From contig CAYVZI010000003.1 of assembly GCA_964456475.1 (NCBI GenBank), positions 14,092 to 78,091 on the forward strand: 64,000 nt of DNA. Reading direction: 5' to 3'. The notes beneath the pieces were generated by a model. It had not been told where the DNA came from. It ran no database searches and saw only the letters and a program-made list of their open reading frames with translations. Each line of letters opens with the position of its first letter. The first letter of the stretch is position 1. A program made the translations under genes and the position numbers. Of the stretch, positions 34,927-44,614 are shown in pieces. This DNA is from an uncultured Candidatus Saccharibacteria bacterium. GTDB lineage: Bacteria > Patescibacteriota > Minisyncoccia > Phycocordibacterales > UBA9973.

Positions 34927-36180
34927 ATGAGTAACTATCAAGAAACTGAAGTTTTTGAAGCAATTGCAGGAGAGGCGAAGCGTCAGTCCGAAGGCCTCGA
35001 ACTTATTCCATCTGAAAACTATGTTTCCAAAAATGTGCTTCTTGCCAATGGTTCCATTCTCACCAACAAATATTCCGAAGGGTATCCAGGTCGCCGTTAT
35101 TATGGGGGACAGGAATTCACCGACCAAGTCGAGACGCTTGCGATTGAACGCGTGAAGCAACTCTTCAATTGTAAATTTGCCAATGTGCAACCACACTCAG
35201 GCGCACCGGCAAACCTCGCAGTCTATTCAGCGCTCCTTGAACCAGGGGACACTGTGCTTGGTATGGATCTCTCTCATGGAGGACATCTTACGCATGGTCA
35301 CCCAATGACTCTTCCTGCAAAGATTTACAAATTTGTCACATACAAAATGAAAGACCCGGAGACTGGTGAGATAGATTATGAAGGTCTTCGACAAGTCGCA
35401 CTCGAACATAAACCGAAACTCATTATCGCGGGATTTTCTGCATACCCTCGCACTCTCGACTACGCGAAGTTTGTGGAGATTGCAAAAGAAGTTGGAGCTA
35501 TTACTATGGCCGATATGGCACACATCGCTGGACTTATCGCCGGCAAGGCACTTCGCAATCCATTCGATGATGGATTCGATATTATTACTTCTACCACACA
35601 CAAAACACTTCGTGGTCCACGTGGAGGAATAATTCTCACTCGCGAGAGTGAAGAAATTGCCAAGAAAATCGACAAAGCAATTTTCCCTGGAATTCAAGGT
35701 GGTCCACACATGCATACCATTGCAGCCAAGGCTGTAGCTTTCGGCGAAGCAATGACTCCCGCGTATCAAGAATACTGCCAGCAAGTTTTGAAAAATGCGA
35801 AGGCGATGGAAGCAGTGTTTAATCGTGAAAAAATTCGCATGATTGGTGGCGGTACTGACAATCATCTCATTCTCGCCGATGTATTCGGCTCGCTTGGAGT
35901 GACAGGGAAGGAAGCGCAGACTGCACTCGATGAAGTGGGTATCACACTCAATATGAACTCAATCGCGGGAGATACTCGCAAACCACTCGATCCATCAGGA
36001 ATTCGTTTTGGTACACCGGCGATCACGACACGCGGCTTCAAGGAGGCGGATTGTGCACGCGTTGCTGAGCTTTTGATTGAAACACTCCGTAATCACACTG
36101 ACGAGGGAAAGAAGAAAATAATTAAAGAAGAAATAAAGGCGTTGGCTGAACAGTTTCCGATCCCGGAATCTTTTGTTTAA
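34927..36180 (+). CDS. glyA: Serine hydroxymethyltransferase
   Basis: SHMT signatures (SHGGHLTHG, PLP-Lys region HKTLRGPRGG). Confidence 0.92.
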   Translation: MSNYQETEVFEAIAGEAKRQSEGLELIPSENYVSKNVLLANGSILTNKYSEGYPGRRYYGGQEFTDQVETLAIERVKQLFNCKFANVQPHSGAPANLAVYSALLEPGDTVLGMDLSHGGHLTHGHPMTLPAKIYKFVTYKMKDPETGEIDYEGLRQVALEHKPKLIIAGFSAYPRTLDYAKFVEIAKEVGAITMADMAHIAGLIAGKALRNPFDDGFDIITSTTHKTLRGPRGGIILTRESEEIAKKIDKAIFPGIQGGPHMHTIAAKAVAFGEAMTPAYQEYCQQVLKNAKAMEAVFNREKIRMIGGGTDNHLILADVFGSLGVTGKEAQTALDEVGITLNMNSIAGDTRKPLDPSGIRFGTPAITTRGFKEADCARVAELLIETLRNHTDEGKKKIIKEEIKALAEQFPIPESFV

Positions 36181-36189
36181 TTTTATTAG

Positions 36190-36220
36190 CCTGGATTCCC
36201 GGTCAAGCCAGGAATGACAC
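36190..36220. repeat. Solo hairpin module of the MITE-like family (CCTGGATTCCCGGTCAAGCCAGGAATGACAC)
   Basis: Reverse-orientation match to the 17190 and 38781 modules. It ends 8 nt before the DNPH1 start. Confidence 0.65.
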
Positions 36221-36228
36221 TCAAAATT

Positions 36229-36633
36229 ATGAAAATTTATTTTGCAGGATCGATACGAGGAGGACGGGGAGATGCACAATTATACAAGCAGATTATTGAA
36301 CTTCTTGGTCAATACGGGGAAGTTCTTACTGAACATATTGGCGATGAGACACTCACGTCAGCAGGAAGTGCTATGGAGCCTCAATATATATTCGAGCAAG
36401 ACACAGACTGGCTTCGCGAAGCAGATGTTGTTGTTGCTGAAGTGACCACACCGTCTCTTGGGGTAGGATACGAAATTGGTCTTGCTGAATCACTCGAAAA
36501 AAGAATCTTGTGCTTGTATCGAGAACAGGAAGATTCTCACGTTTCGGCAATGATTCTCGGCAACCGCAATCTTTCAATCGCGCAATATGAATCGATTACT
36601 GATATCGAAAATTATTTACAAGATTATTTTTAA
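36229..36633 (+). CDS. 2'-deoxynucleoside 5'-phosphate N-hydrolase (DNPH1/Rcl family, nucleoside 2-deoxyribosyltransferase fold)
   Basis: MKIYFAGSIRGGRGD signature. Confidence 0.7.
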   Translation: MKIYFAGSIRGGRGDAQLYKQIIELLGQYGEVLTEHIGDETLTSAGSAMEPQYIFEQDTDWLREADVVVAEVTTPSLGVGYEIGLAESLEKRILCLYREQEDSHVSAMILGNRNLSIAQYESITDIENYLQDYF

Positions 36634-36637
36634 TAAC

Positions 36638-37222
36638 ATGGGAATACTTTTTACACTTCTCGGTGTCACAAATACCGGGAAAACAACTCAACAAAAATTA
36701 CTTGAAGAACATCTAAAAAACGATGGGTATACTGTTGTGTATGTAAAATATCCGCGATACGAAACGGAACCGACCGGGCCAAGGATCAATGCTTATTTGC
36801 GCGGGGGAAATCCTGAACACATATCGGCGCAAGAGTTCCATGAATTGCAGATACAAAACAAATTTGATTTTGAACCGGAATTACTCGCTTTACTTGAAGA
36901 AAATGATATCGTTTTGGCTGAAATGTATGTAGGGACAGGAATTACCTATGGCGTGGGTGACGGAATCTCGAAGGATTGGCTCATTAAGCGATATGAACCG
37001 CTTCGTAAAGCCGATATTTCAATTTTGCTTGATGGAAAACGGTTTATGGAAAGCAAAGAAGAAGGACATCATTATGAGAACGATGATGAGAAGACAGAAA
37101 AGATTCGTCTCGCACATCTCGAGCTTGCAAACGATTTTGGATGGACAATTATTAATGCAAATCAAACAATAGACGAAGTGCACCAGCAAATTTATTCAGA
37201 AATAAAAAAGATCCTTCAGTAG
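36638..37222 (+). CDS. Thymidylate kinase-like P-loop (deoxy)nucleotide kinase
   Basis: P-loop LLGVTNTGKTTQ. Overall Tmk-like layout, with a noncanonical DRY-equivalent (EMY). Confidence 0.5.
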   Translation: MGILFTLLGVTNTGKTTQQKLLEEHLKNDGYTVVYVKYPRYETEPTGPRINAYLRGGNPEHISAQEFHELQIQNKFDFEPELLALLEENDIVLAEMYVGTGITYGVGDGISKDWLIKRYEPLRKADISILLDGKRFMESKEEGHHYENDDEKTEKIRLAHLELANDFGWTIINANQTIDEVHQQIYSEIKKILQ

Positions 37223-37226
37223 TTTT

Positions 37227-37808
37227 ATGATTGATGTAGAAATTCGCGGGCCGGTGGCAAAAAAAGAATACGACCGTGTTAAAAAACTTTTCTCGACTGC
37301 GGGGGAAAGTGTTTTTGTCGAACATCAAGTTGTCGTTTCGTACACTGACAGAGGATTCAACAATCGTGCCGTGCGACTCGAATACAAGAACGGCGTAGGT
37401 ACTATCTGTATTGAAATCGGCAAGCTTGGCGAACGTAAAGAAATTAAAACTCGTCTCGCTCATGATTCATTTTCTGACGCCGTGCAAATGCTCGCCGAGC
37501 TTGGATACAAAAAAGCGAGTGTTTCTGCGATAGAAGTATTCTCTTGTATTTACGCCGGAGCGTTTTTTTCACTCTATGATCCGGATGGGGAATCATATTA
37601 TTACGATGCAGTGATCGGAGCTGTGGGGCCGGAAGAAGCTAAAGAAGCCAAAGTAAAGCTTCACAACCTTGGTCGCAAATTCATGCTTCCGATGTGGAGT
37701 CCGATCGATATGCTCGAGTTCACCCGAAAATTGAAAGAAAAAACCAATTGGCTGTATGATTATGAGACAGACGGGGCAGGATATTTTAAAGATAAATTTG
37801 GAATCTGA
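37227..37808 (+). CDS. CYTH-like (triphosphate tunnel metalloenzyme) domain protein
   Basis: N-terminal IDVEIRG resembles the ExExK opening of CYTH. Weak match. Confidence 0.35.
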   Translation: MIDVEIRGPVAKKEYDRVKKLFSTAGESVFVEHQVVVSYTDRGFNNRAVRLEYKNGVGTICIEIGKLGERKEIKTRLAHDSFSDAVQMLAELGYKKASVSAIEVFSCIYAGAFFSLYDPDGESYYYDAVIGAVGPEEAKEAKVKLHNLGRKFMLPMWSPIDMLEFTRKLKEKTNWLYDYETDGAGYFKDKFGI

Positions 37809-37811
37809 GTT

Positions 37812-38345
37812 ATGGAAATATTAGATATCGTAAACGAAAACGACGAAGTAATCGGACAAGAAGACCGAAAGGTTATTCACCAGGAAGGATTATTACATCG
37901 TGAAATTCATGTATGGCTTGTTACACCTGACGGCAAAATAATTTTTCAAAAACGAGGAATGCATAAAGATACATATCCAGGACTTTTAGATGCAACAGTT
38001 GGTGGCCATGTTGACCTAGGTGAATCATATGAAGATGCTGCTCTCCGAGAAACACAGGAAGAAACCGGACTCAGTTTATATCAATCAGATTTAAAATTTA
38101 TTAAAAAAGAATTTTCAAAATCATTTGATTCTATTACCGGAATGAAGAATCATAAATTTAGCTCAATTTATACATATTTATTTCCAGATGACCTTGAAAA
38201 ACTTAAACTTGAAGATGCTGGAGCTTTAGGTTTTGAATCTTTTTCTATTGAAAAACTCAAAAACCTTTCAGACGAAGAAAAGAAAATGTTTATACCAAGA
38301 TTTCTTACCGAAGAATATTTAGAATTTTTTGAAACCATCGTATGA
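37812..38345 (+). CDS. NUDIX hydrolase
   Basis: Nudix box GGHVDLGESYEDAALRETQEETGL. Confidence 0.75.
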   Translation: MEILDIVNENDEVIGQEDRKVIHQEGLLHREIHVWLVTPDGKIIFQKRGMHKDTYPGLLDATVGGHVDLGESYEDAALRETQEETGLSLYQSDLKFIKKEFSKSFDSITGMKNHKFSSIYTYLFPDDLEKLKLEDAGALGFESFSIEKLKNLSDEEKKMFIPRFLTEEYLEFFETIV

Positions 38346-38764
38346 GGATTAAGATTAAAAAAATGAAAGATGGGGCGAAGTTGCCGACATATGCAAAACC
38401 GGGAGATGTGGGGATGGATATGTATGCGATGGAGACAGTGACGATTCCACCACAAGGGCATCATATTTTTTGGCATGGTTTTGCAATGGAATTCGATGAA
38501 GGATTCGCGGCGATTGTGAAAGACAAATCAAGTATTTCAAAAGCCGGATTGCATACAATGGGTGGAGTTTTCGATGCTGGATATCGTGGGGAATACAATA
38601 CTCATCTCGTAAATCTCTCTAGTGATCCATACACAGTGGAAGAGGGTGACAAAATAGCTCAACTCATCATCTATCCTGTGGTTATTGCAGAATTGGAGGA
38701 AACTGATACTCTGAGTGAGTCAGAACGTGGGGCAGGTGGCTTCGGCTCGACAGGCAAGAAATGA
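38342..38764 (+). CDS. dut: dUTP diphosphatase
   Basis: AKPGDVGMDMYA, GVFDAGYRGE and RGAGGFGSTG motifs. Confidence 0.9.
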   Translation: MRIKIKKMKDGAKLPTYAKPGDVGMDMYAMETVTIPPQGHHIFWHGFAMEFDEGFAAIVKDKSSISKAGLHTMGGVFDAGYRGEYNTHLVNLSSDPYTVEEGDKIAQLIIYPVVIAELEETDTLSESERGAGGFGSTGKK

Positions 38765-38780
38765 CCTGTGCACTCGACAG

Positions 38781-38809
38781 GTCATCCCAGACTTGATCTG
38801 GGATCCAGG
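38781..38809. repeat. Solo hairpin module of the MITE-like family (GTCATCCCAGACTTGATCTGGGATCCAGG), directly after a terminator-like hairpin at 38763-38783
   Basis: Matches the module at 17190-17218. It ends 15 nt before the argS start. Confidence 0.65.
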
Positions 38810-38823
38810 TTTGTATTTGAATT

Positions 38824-40530
38824 ATGAAATCACAACTCGAACAAATTGTAAAAAACGTACTCAAAAATCTTGGCATTGAAGTTGAGAGTGTTGTGCTTGA
38901 ACACCCGGCAGAAATTGCGAATGGGGATTATTCAACGAGTGCGGCTTTGGCGTACGCCAAAGCCGCGCAGGTAAGTCCTCGCGCTCTCGCCGAAAAAATC
39001 GTCGCCGAAATCGAAAACAACAAACCAGCCGAAATCGAAAAAATCGAAATCGCTGGTCCTGGCTTCATCAACTTCTATCTCTCAAAAGAATTTTTTGGAA
39101 ACTCAATCAAAGAAATTCATCAGGAAGAAAAATGGGGTGCAAATAAAACACTTGCCGGCAAAAAGGTCATGGTGGAATATACGCAACCAAATCCATTCAA
39201 ACCTTTTCATATCGGACATCTTATGTCGAATGCAATTGGCGAATCTATTTCTCGTATCGTGGAATTTTCCGGTGCGCACACCATTCGTGCTAACTATCAA
39301 GGTGATGTTGGTCTGCATGTTGGCAAATCCATCTATGGCCTTATCCAGAAAGGGAAGCCCGACTCAAATCTTTCTGTCTCCGAGCAAGCGATATATATAG
39401 GCACATGTTATTCATGGGCTTCTCAGCTTTATGACGAAGATGAAAAAATAAAAGCTGAAATTGATGCAATCAACAAAAAAGTATATGAAAGAAGCGATTC
39501 TGCGATCAACGAATTGTATGACTGGGGGAGAAAGGTAACACTCGATGCCTTTGAAATACTTTACAAAACTCTTGGAACAAAATTTGACTATTATTTTTTT
39601 GAAAGTGAAATGGCGCCGATCGGGGCTAAGATCGTAAAAGAAAATTTGGGAAGGGTTTTTGATGAGTCTGACGGAGCGATTGTTTTTCATGGAGAAAAAT
39701 ATGATCCAAAATTGCATACGCGCGTGTTCATTACAAAACAAGGACTTCCAACATATGAAGCCAAAGAAATAGGCCTCAATATAACAAAATTCGAAAAAGA
39801 GAATCCGGATATCTCAATAACTGAAACTGCTATCGAGCAAGGTGAATATATGAAGGTCGTGACTGCTTCAATTCGTGAGGTCTACCCACAGTATGCCGAT
39901 CACATGCAGCATGTTACGCACGGTATGATGCGACTTGCCGGAGGTAAGATGAGTTCTCGAAAAGGGAATATTATCACCGGTGAATCACTCCTTTCTGATT
40001 CGTACGAAATCGTCAAAGAAAAAATGGCTGAACGCGAATTATCTCCTGAGCAAAGAGAAGTTATCTCTCATCAGGTGGGAATTTCTGCGATCAAATACAC
40101 AATTCTCAAACAACAGCTCGGTGGAAATATTATTTATGATGAAGAAAAGTCTGTTTCGTTTGAAGGTGATTCTGGTCCCTACTTGCAATATACGGCTGTG
40201 CGATCAAATTCTATTTTGGAAAAGGCAAAGAAGGAGGGGGTAGAACCAAGTTATATTTTGCCAGAAAATTGGGAAACTACATCGCTCGAAAAATATTTGT
40301 ATCGATTCCCGGAAGTCGTGCTTTTGGCATATCAAAAACTCGAACCACATGGTATTGCTACGTATCTCGGCGAACTCGCATCAACATTTAATTCATTTTA
40401 CGCACAGCAACAGGTGGTAGATACAACTGATGCTTCATCACCATATCGTGTAGCCCTCGTAGAATCATTCCTCAAAACGATGAAAAATGGTTTGTATCTG
40501 CTTGGTATTGAAGTACCGGACAAAATGTAA
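38824..40530 (+). CDS. argS: Arginyl-tRNA synthetase
   Basis: HIGH-type motif PFHIGHLMS, KMSSRKGN, and the DALR anticodon-binding C-terminus. Confidence 0.9.
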   Translation: MKSQLEQIVKNVLKNLGIEVESVVLEHPAEIANGDYSTSAALAYAKAAQVSPRALAEKIVAEIENNKPAEIEKIEIAGPGFINFYLSKEFFGNSIKEIHQEEKWGANKTLAGKKVMVEYTQPNPFKPFHIGHLMSNAIGESISRIVEFSGAHTIRANYQGDVGLHVGKSIYGLIQKGKPDSNLSVSEQAIYIGTCYSWASQLYDEDEKIKAEIDAINKKVYERSDSAINELYDWGRKVTLDAFEILYKTLGTKFDYYFFESEMAPIGAKIVKENLGRVFDESDGAIVFHGEKYDPKLHTRVFITKQGLPTYEAKEIGLNITKFEKENPDISITETAIEQGEYMKVVTASIREVYPQYADHMQHVTHGMMRLAGGKMSSRKGNIITGESLLSDSYEIVKEKMAERELSPEQREVISHQVGISAIKYTILKQQLGGNIIYDEEKSVSFEGDSGPYLQYTAVRSNSILEKAKKEGVEPSYILPENWETTSLEKYLYRFPEVVLLAYQKLEPHGIATYLGELASTFNSFYAQQQVVDTTDASSPYRVALVESFLKTMKNGLYLLGIEVPDKM

Positions 40531-40939
40531 TCTAGGGAACAGGGAGAAGGGGTTAGGGAGTAGAAAAATAAAAAACCGACCCTCAATGTGAGAGTCGGCA
40601 AGTTAGAGAAAAGGCACACGTATAACCGCGTCTGCTGGCACGATGTTTAGACACCTTCTTTCGCGAGTAAATAACTAAAAGCCCGAAGAGCCATTAATCT
40701 AAAAATATACTCCTCCCACTTGAAAGTCAAATGAAATATGGTATTCTTTCAATAGAAGCGATGAAGGGGCTATCACCCTGGAGCTTGGGGAAGAACATCA
40801 GCTTTGGCTGGTCAGTAGAACCCTATAAATAAGCCCGAAGGAATACCAGAGGGGAAAGAAGGTGGTACCACGATTTCTTATATAAAAAAGAAACCCGTCC
40901 TTGCAATCATGACTTTTGTCGTGATGCGAGGACGGGTTT

Positions 40940-41161
40940 TTAACTTACTTCCTTTAAGTATCTTCTTGTTGTTTTTATGCCATCGTATATGAAAATTACT
41001 ATTGTAATTAAAAAACAAAATGGCCAAACGATACTTAGAAGAATCTTCAAATACCTAGGCATTTTTGGAAGTATTGTATATGTGCTACGAGCTGCAAGTA
41101 TATAAACAATTGCAAGAATAAAACACGCTAAAACCATAAGAAATTTTCTAATACTATACAC
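40940..41161 (-). CDS. Small hypothetical membrane protein (two TM segments)
   Basis: ORF, hydrophobic segments, terminator hairpin at 40888-40945. Confidence 0.35.
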   Translation of the reverse strand: MYSIRKFLMVLACFILAIVYILAARSTYTILPKMPRYLKILLSIVWPFCFLITIVIFIYDGIKTTRRYLKEVS

Positions 41162-41186
41162 CTTATTAATAATTTAGTCAAGTATC

Positions 41187-44100
41187 ATGGAAACACCTGA
41201 AAATAAACCTAAATCACCAGCTGCAGAGCGAGAAGAAAAAGTTCTCGGTTTTTGGAAGGAGAACAATGTCTTTGAAAAAACGCTCAAGAAAGATTCGCCC
41301 AAAGGTGAGTTTGTATTCTTCGAAGGTCCACCAACTGCGAACGGTAAGCCTGGTATCCACCACCTTGAAGCTCGTGCTTTCAAAGACGCGATTCCTCGCT
41401 ACAAAACAATGCAAGGATTCCATGTGCGCCGAAAAGGGGGATGGGATACACATGGACTTCCAGTGGAACTTCAAGTAGAAAAAGCACTCGGCCTCAATTC
41501 GAAAAAAGCGATTGAAGAATTCGGCATTGCGAAATTTAACGACAAGTGTAAAGAAAGCGTCTGGCAGTACACCGATCTTTGGGAAAAATTCACTGACCGT
41601 ATCGGTTATTGGGTGGATCAAAAAAATCCTTATGTGACCTATCACAACTCATACATTGAGTCTGTTTGGAATGTCTTGCAGAAGGTAAATGACCAAGGAC
41701 TTGTGTATAAAGATTATCGAATCGTGCCGTGGTGTCCACGCTGTGGAACAGCGCTTTCGTCGCATGAACTTGCACAAGGATATCAGGACGACCGTGACCT
41801 GTCGGTCACGGCCAAGTTTAAAGTTATAAAGTCGAAAGTTGAAAGTCTGGAAAATACGTACGTTCTTGCTTGGACTACGACGCCGTGGACTCTTCCGGGG
41901 AATGTCGCACTTGCGGTGGGGAATGATATTGATTATGTAAAAGTAAAAGTTGGTGAAGAATTTTTGATTCTCGCGGAAGCACGCATTAGCGTGCTTCCGG
42001 AGGGCTTTGAAATTGTAGAAAAAATAAAAGGGAGCGATCTTGTCGGTCTTGAATACGAACCACTTTATCCATATTTGAAAGACAATATTGCTGACTCACA
42101 AAAAGAAAAACTTGAAAAAGCTTTCAAAGTGTATCCAGCAGATTTCGTCACAACCACTGATGGAACAGGAGTTGTGCATACAGCGGTGATGTATGGAGCA
42201 GACGACTTTGAGCTTGGAACCAAGCTTGGTTTGCCGAAGCAACATATGGTAAATCTCGATGGAACGTTTGTTGAATACGCCGATTTTCTTGCGGGACGTT
42301 TTGTAAAAGATGAAGATGTAGCTGTTGATATCATCAAAGACCTCGCGCATCGCGGGCTCTTGTTCAAAAAAGAAAAGTACGAACACTCATATCCACACTG
42401 TTGGCGTTGTAAGACTCCACTCATCTACTACGCGCGAGATTCTTGGTATATCCGCATGAGTGATCCTAAAATCAAAGACCAACTCATCGAAGAAAACAAA
42501 AAAATAAATTGGGAACCATCGTATATCCGCGATGGGCGTTTTGGTGAATGGCTCAAAGATATCAAAGATTGGGCGATTTCTCGTGAACGATATTGGGGAA
42601 CACCACTTCCGATCTGGATGACCGAGAGTGGAAAAATCGAAGTGATTGGCTCACTCGACGAAATGAAAAAGAAGGCAAAGAAGTCTGGTAATACCTACCA
42701 TATCATTCGTCACGGCGAGGCTGATCACAATCTGAAAGGCATGGCGAGTGCCGACCCGAATGAGCCGGTACATCTCACCGAGCTTGGTCGCAAGCAAGTC
42801 GCCGGTCAGGTTTCTAAACTCAAAGAGGCTGGAATCGATCTCATTATTGCGTCACCATTCGTTCGAACACGCGAAACCGCAGACATCATTCGCGAAGGAC
42901 TCGGCGGACAAGTTGAGATACTTTTCGATGAACGTTTGCGAGAGATGGATATTGGAATTTATAACAAAGGTCCATGGAGTAAATACCATGAGGACTTTCC
43001 AAAGACGGTAGAGAATTTCTACAATGGCCCAGAAGGTGGGGAATCATACAATACGGTCAAAGGCTGGATGATGGATTTTATCCACGATGTGGAAATCAAA
43101 TTCCAGAATAGAAAAGTTCTTTTTGTGAGTCATGGCGGTCCATCCTGGCTTCTTATGGCTGGTATACAAGGATTCGGTGCAGAGGAATCGCTCAAGATGA
43201 TTGCGGACAAAAAAGATTTTCATTATTTTGAAAACGCAGAAGTGCGTGAAGTTCCGTATGTGCCATTTCCGCACAACCACAATTGGGAGCTTGATTTGCA
43301 TCGACCATATATTGATCATGTTGAGCTCGTCTCAGAAAATGGCGAGCCAATGAAGCGCGTAAACGAAGTGATGGACGTATGGTTTGACTCAGGGGCAATG
43401 CCGTTTGCGCAAGACCACTATCCATTTGCAACAAAAGATATCTTGTACCCCGCAGACTTCATTTGTGAAGCTATCGACCAGACGCGTGGATGGTTTTATA
43501 CACTCCACGCAGTTGGAATGCTCATGGGTCGTGGTCTCGCGTATAAGAATGTGGTGTGTCTCGGACATATTCTCGACGCAGAAGGGAAGAAGATGAGTAA
43601 GTCGCTTGGCAACATCGTCGACCCATGGGAGATGATTGAAAAGTACGGCGTAGACACGCTTCGTCTCTGGATGTACTCGGTCAATCAGCCAGGTGAATCA
43701 AAAAACTTCGACGAAAAAACAGTGGCCGAATTGCACAACAAAGTATTTAATTTGCTCTACAACGTTCTCGCATTTTATGAACTCTACCGTGATAAAGAAG
43801 TCGAAAGCTCAAAGCCTAAAGCTGAAAGCTCAAACATTCTCGATCAATGGGTTGTGGCTCGACTTAATCAACTGACAGCGACAGTGACGGAGAATCTCGA
43901 TAATTACAAACTCCTTGAACCAGTACGTGCACTTCGAGAATTCATCGACGACCTTTCCACCTGGTACGTGCGTCGCAGTCGCGACCGAATGAAGGACGGC
44001 GATGTTGAAGCAAAACAAACTTTGTATTTTGTGCTTACAACAATTGCAAAACTGATGGCGCCATTCGCGCCGTTTGCCGCCGAAGATATTTGGCTCCGAC

Positions 44101-44606
44101 TTGGCGGCACAAAGAGTGTGCATTTTGAAACTTGGCCAGAAAATGAGTTAAAAGTCGAAAGTCAAAAAGTCTTGGAAGAAATGCAGAAAGTTCGTGAAAT
44201 TGTGACGCTTGGAATGGAAGCACGACAGAAAGCAAAGTTTGCTGTGCGACAACCACTCGCACAGCTCAAAGCTAAAAACTTAAAGCTGAAAGACCAATAC
44301 TTGGAAATCATTCAAGATGAACTCAATGTAAAAAATGTCGTCGAAGATGAGTCGCTTGAAACTGAAGTGTGGCTTGATACAGAAATTACTCCAGAACTTA
44401 AACGCGAAGGGGAGTATCGTGAGCTTGTGCGTGCAATTCAAGACACTCGCAAGAAGCAAGGACTTACACCAAGTGACGTCATTACACTTACTCTTCCAGA
44501 AAATACCAAGGATACAGTCGTGGGTTTTGAAGATGATTTGAAAAAGACGGTGCTTGCCGAGAGTGTCACATTTGCCGGAAGTGAGATTGTAATTGAAAAA
44601 GTGTAA
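41187..44606 (+). CDS. ileS: Isoleucyl-tRNA synthetase carrying an inserted histidine-phosphatase-superfamily domain (about aa 504-720)
   Basis: IleRS N-terminus GPPTANGKPGIHH and GWDTHGLPVE, DWAISRERYWGTPLPIW, DVWFDSGAM, KMSKSLGN. Between the last two lie YHIIRHGEADHNLKG ... ASPFVRTRETADII ... VLFVSHGGPSWLL. Confidence 0.85.
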   Translation: METPENKPKSPAAEREEKVLGFWKENNVFEKTLKKDSPKGEFVFFEGPPTANGKPGIHHLEARAFKDAIPRYKTMQGFHVRRKGGWDTHGLPVELQVEKALGLNSKKAIEEFGIAKFNDKCKESVWQYTDLWEKFTDRIGYWVDQKNPYVTYHNSYIESVWNVLQKVNDQGLVYKDYRIVPWCPRCGTALSSHELAQGYQDDRDLSVTAKFKVIKSKVESLENTYVLAWTTTPWTLPGNVALAVGNDIDYVKVKVGEEFLILAEARISVLPEGFEIVEKIKGSDLVGLEYEPLYPYLKDNIADSQKEKLEKAFKVYPADFVTTTDGTGVVHTAVMYGADDFELGTKLGLPKQHMVNLDGTFVEYADFLAGRFVKDEDVAVDIIKDLAHRGLLFKKEKYEHSYPHCWRCKTPLIYYARDSWYIRMSDPKIKDQLIEENKKINWEPSYIRDGRFGEWLKDIKDWAISRERYWGTPLPIWMTESGKIEVIGSLDEMKKKAKKSGNTYHIIRHGEADHNLKGMASADPNEPVHLTELGRKQVAGQVSKLKEAGIDLIIASPFVRTRETADIIREGLGGQVEILFDERLREMDIGIYNKGPWSKYHEDFPKTVENFYNGPEGGESYNTVKGWMMDFIHDVEIKFQNRKVLFVSHGGPSWLLMAGIQGFGAEESLKMIADKKDFHYFENAEVREVPYVPFPHNHNWELDLHRPYIDHVELVSENGEPMKRVNEVMDVWFDSGAMPFAQDHYPFATKDILYPADFICEAIDQTRGWFYTLHAVGMLMGRGLAYKNVVCLGHILDAEGKKMSKSLGNIVDPWEMIEKYGVDTLRLWMYSVNQPGESKNFDEKTVAELHNKVFNLLYNVLAFYELYRDKEVESSKPKAESSNILDQWVVARLNQLTATVTENLDNYKLLEPVRALREFIDDLSTWYVRRSRDRMKDGDVEAKQTLYFVLTTIAKLMAPFAPFAAEDIWLRLGGTKSVHFETWPENELKVESQKVLEEMQKVREIVTLGMEARQKAKFAVRQPLAQLKAKNLKLKDQYLEIIQDELNVKNVVEDESLETEVWLDTEITPELKREGEYRELVRAIQDTRKKQGLTPSDVITLTLPENTKDTVVGFEDDLKKTVLAESVTFAGSEIVIEKV

Positions 44607-44614
44607 CTTATTGT

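Noticed and set aside
40600-40940. RNase P RNA, tmRNA or SRP RNA
   Set aside because: Only fragmentary resemblance (GAAAGTC, AGAACCC). P4 pairing partners, the tRNA-like 3' end and the SRP domain IV motif are not present. Left as an uncalled candidate.
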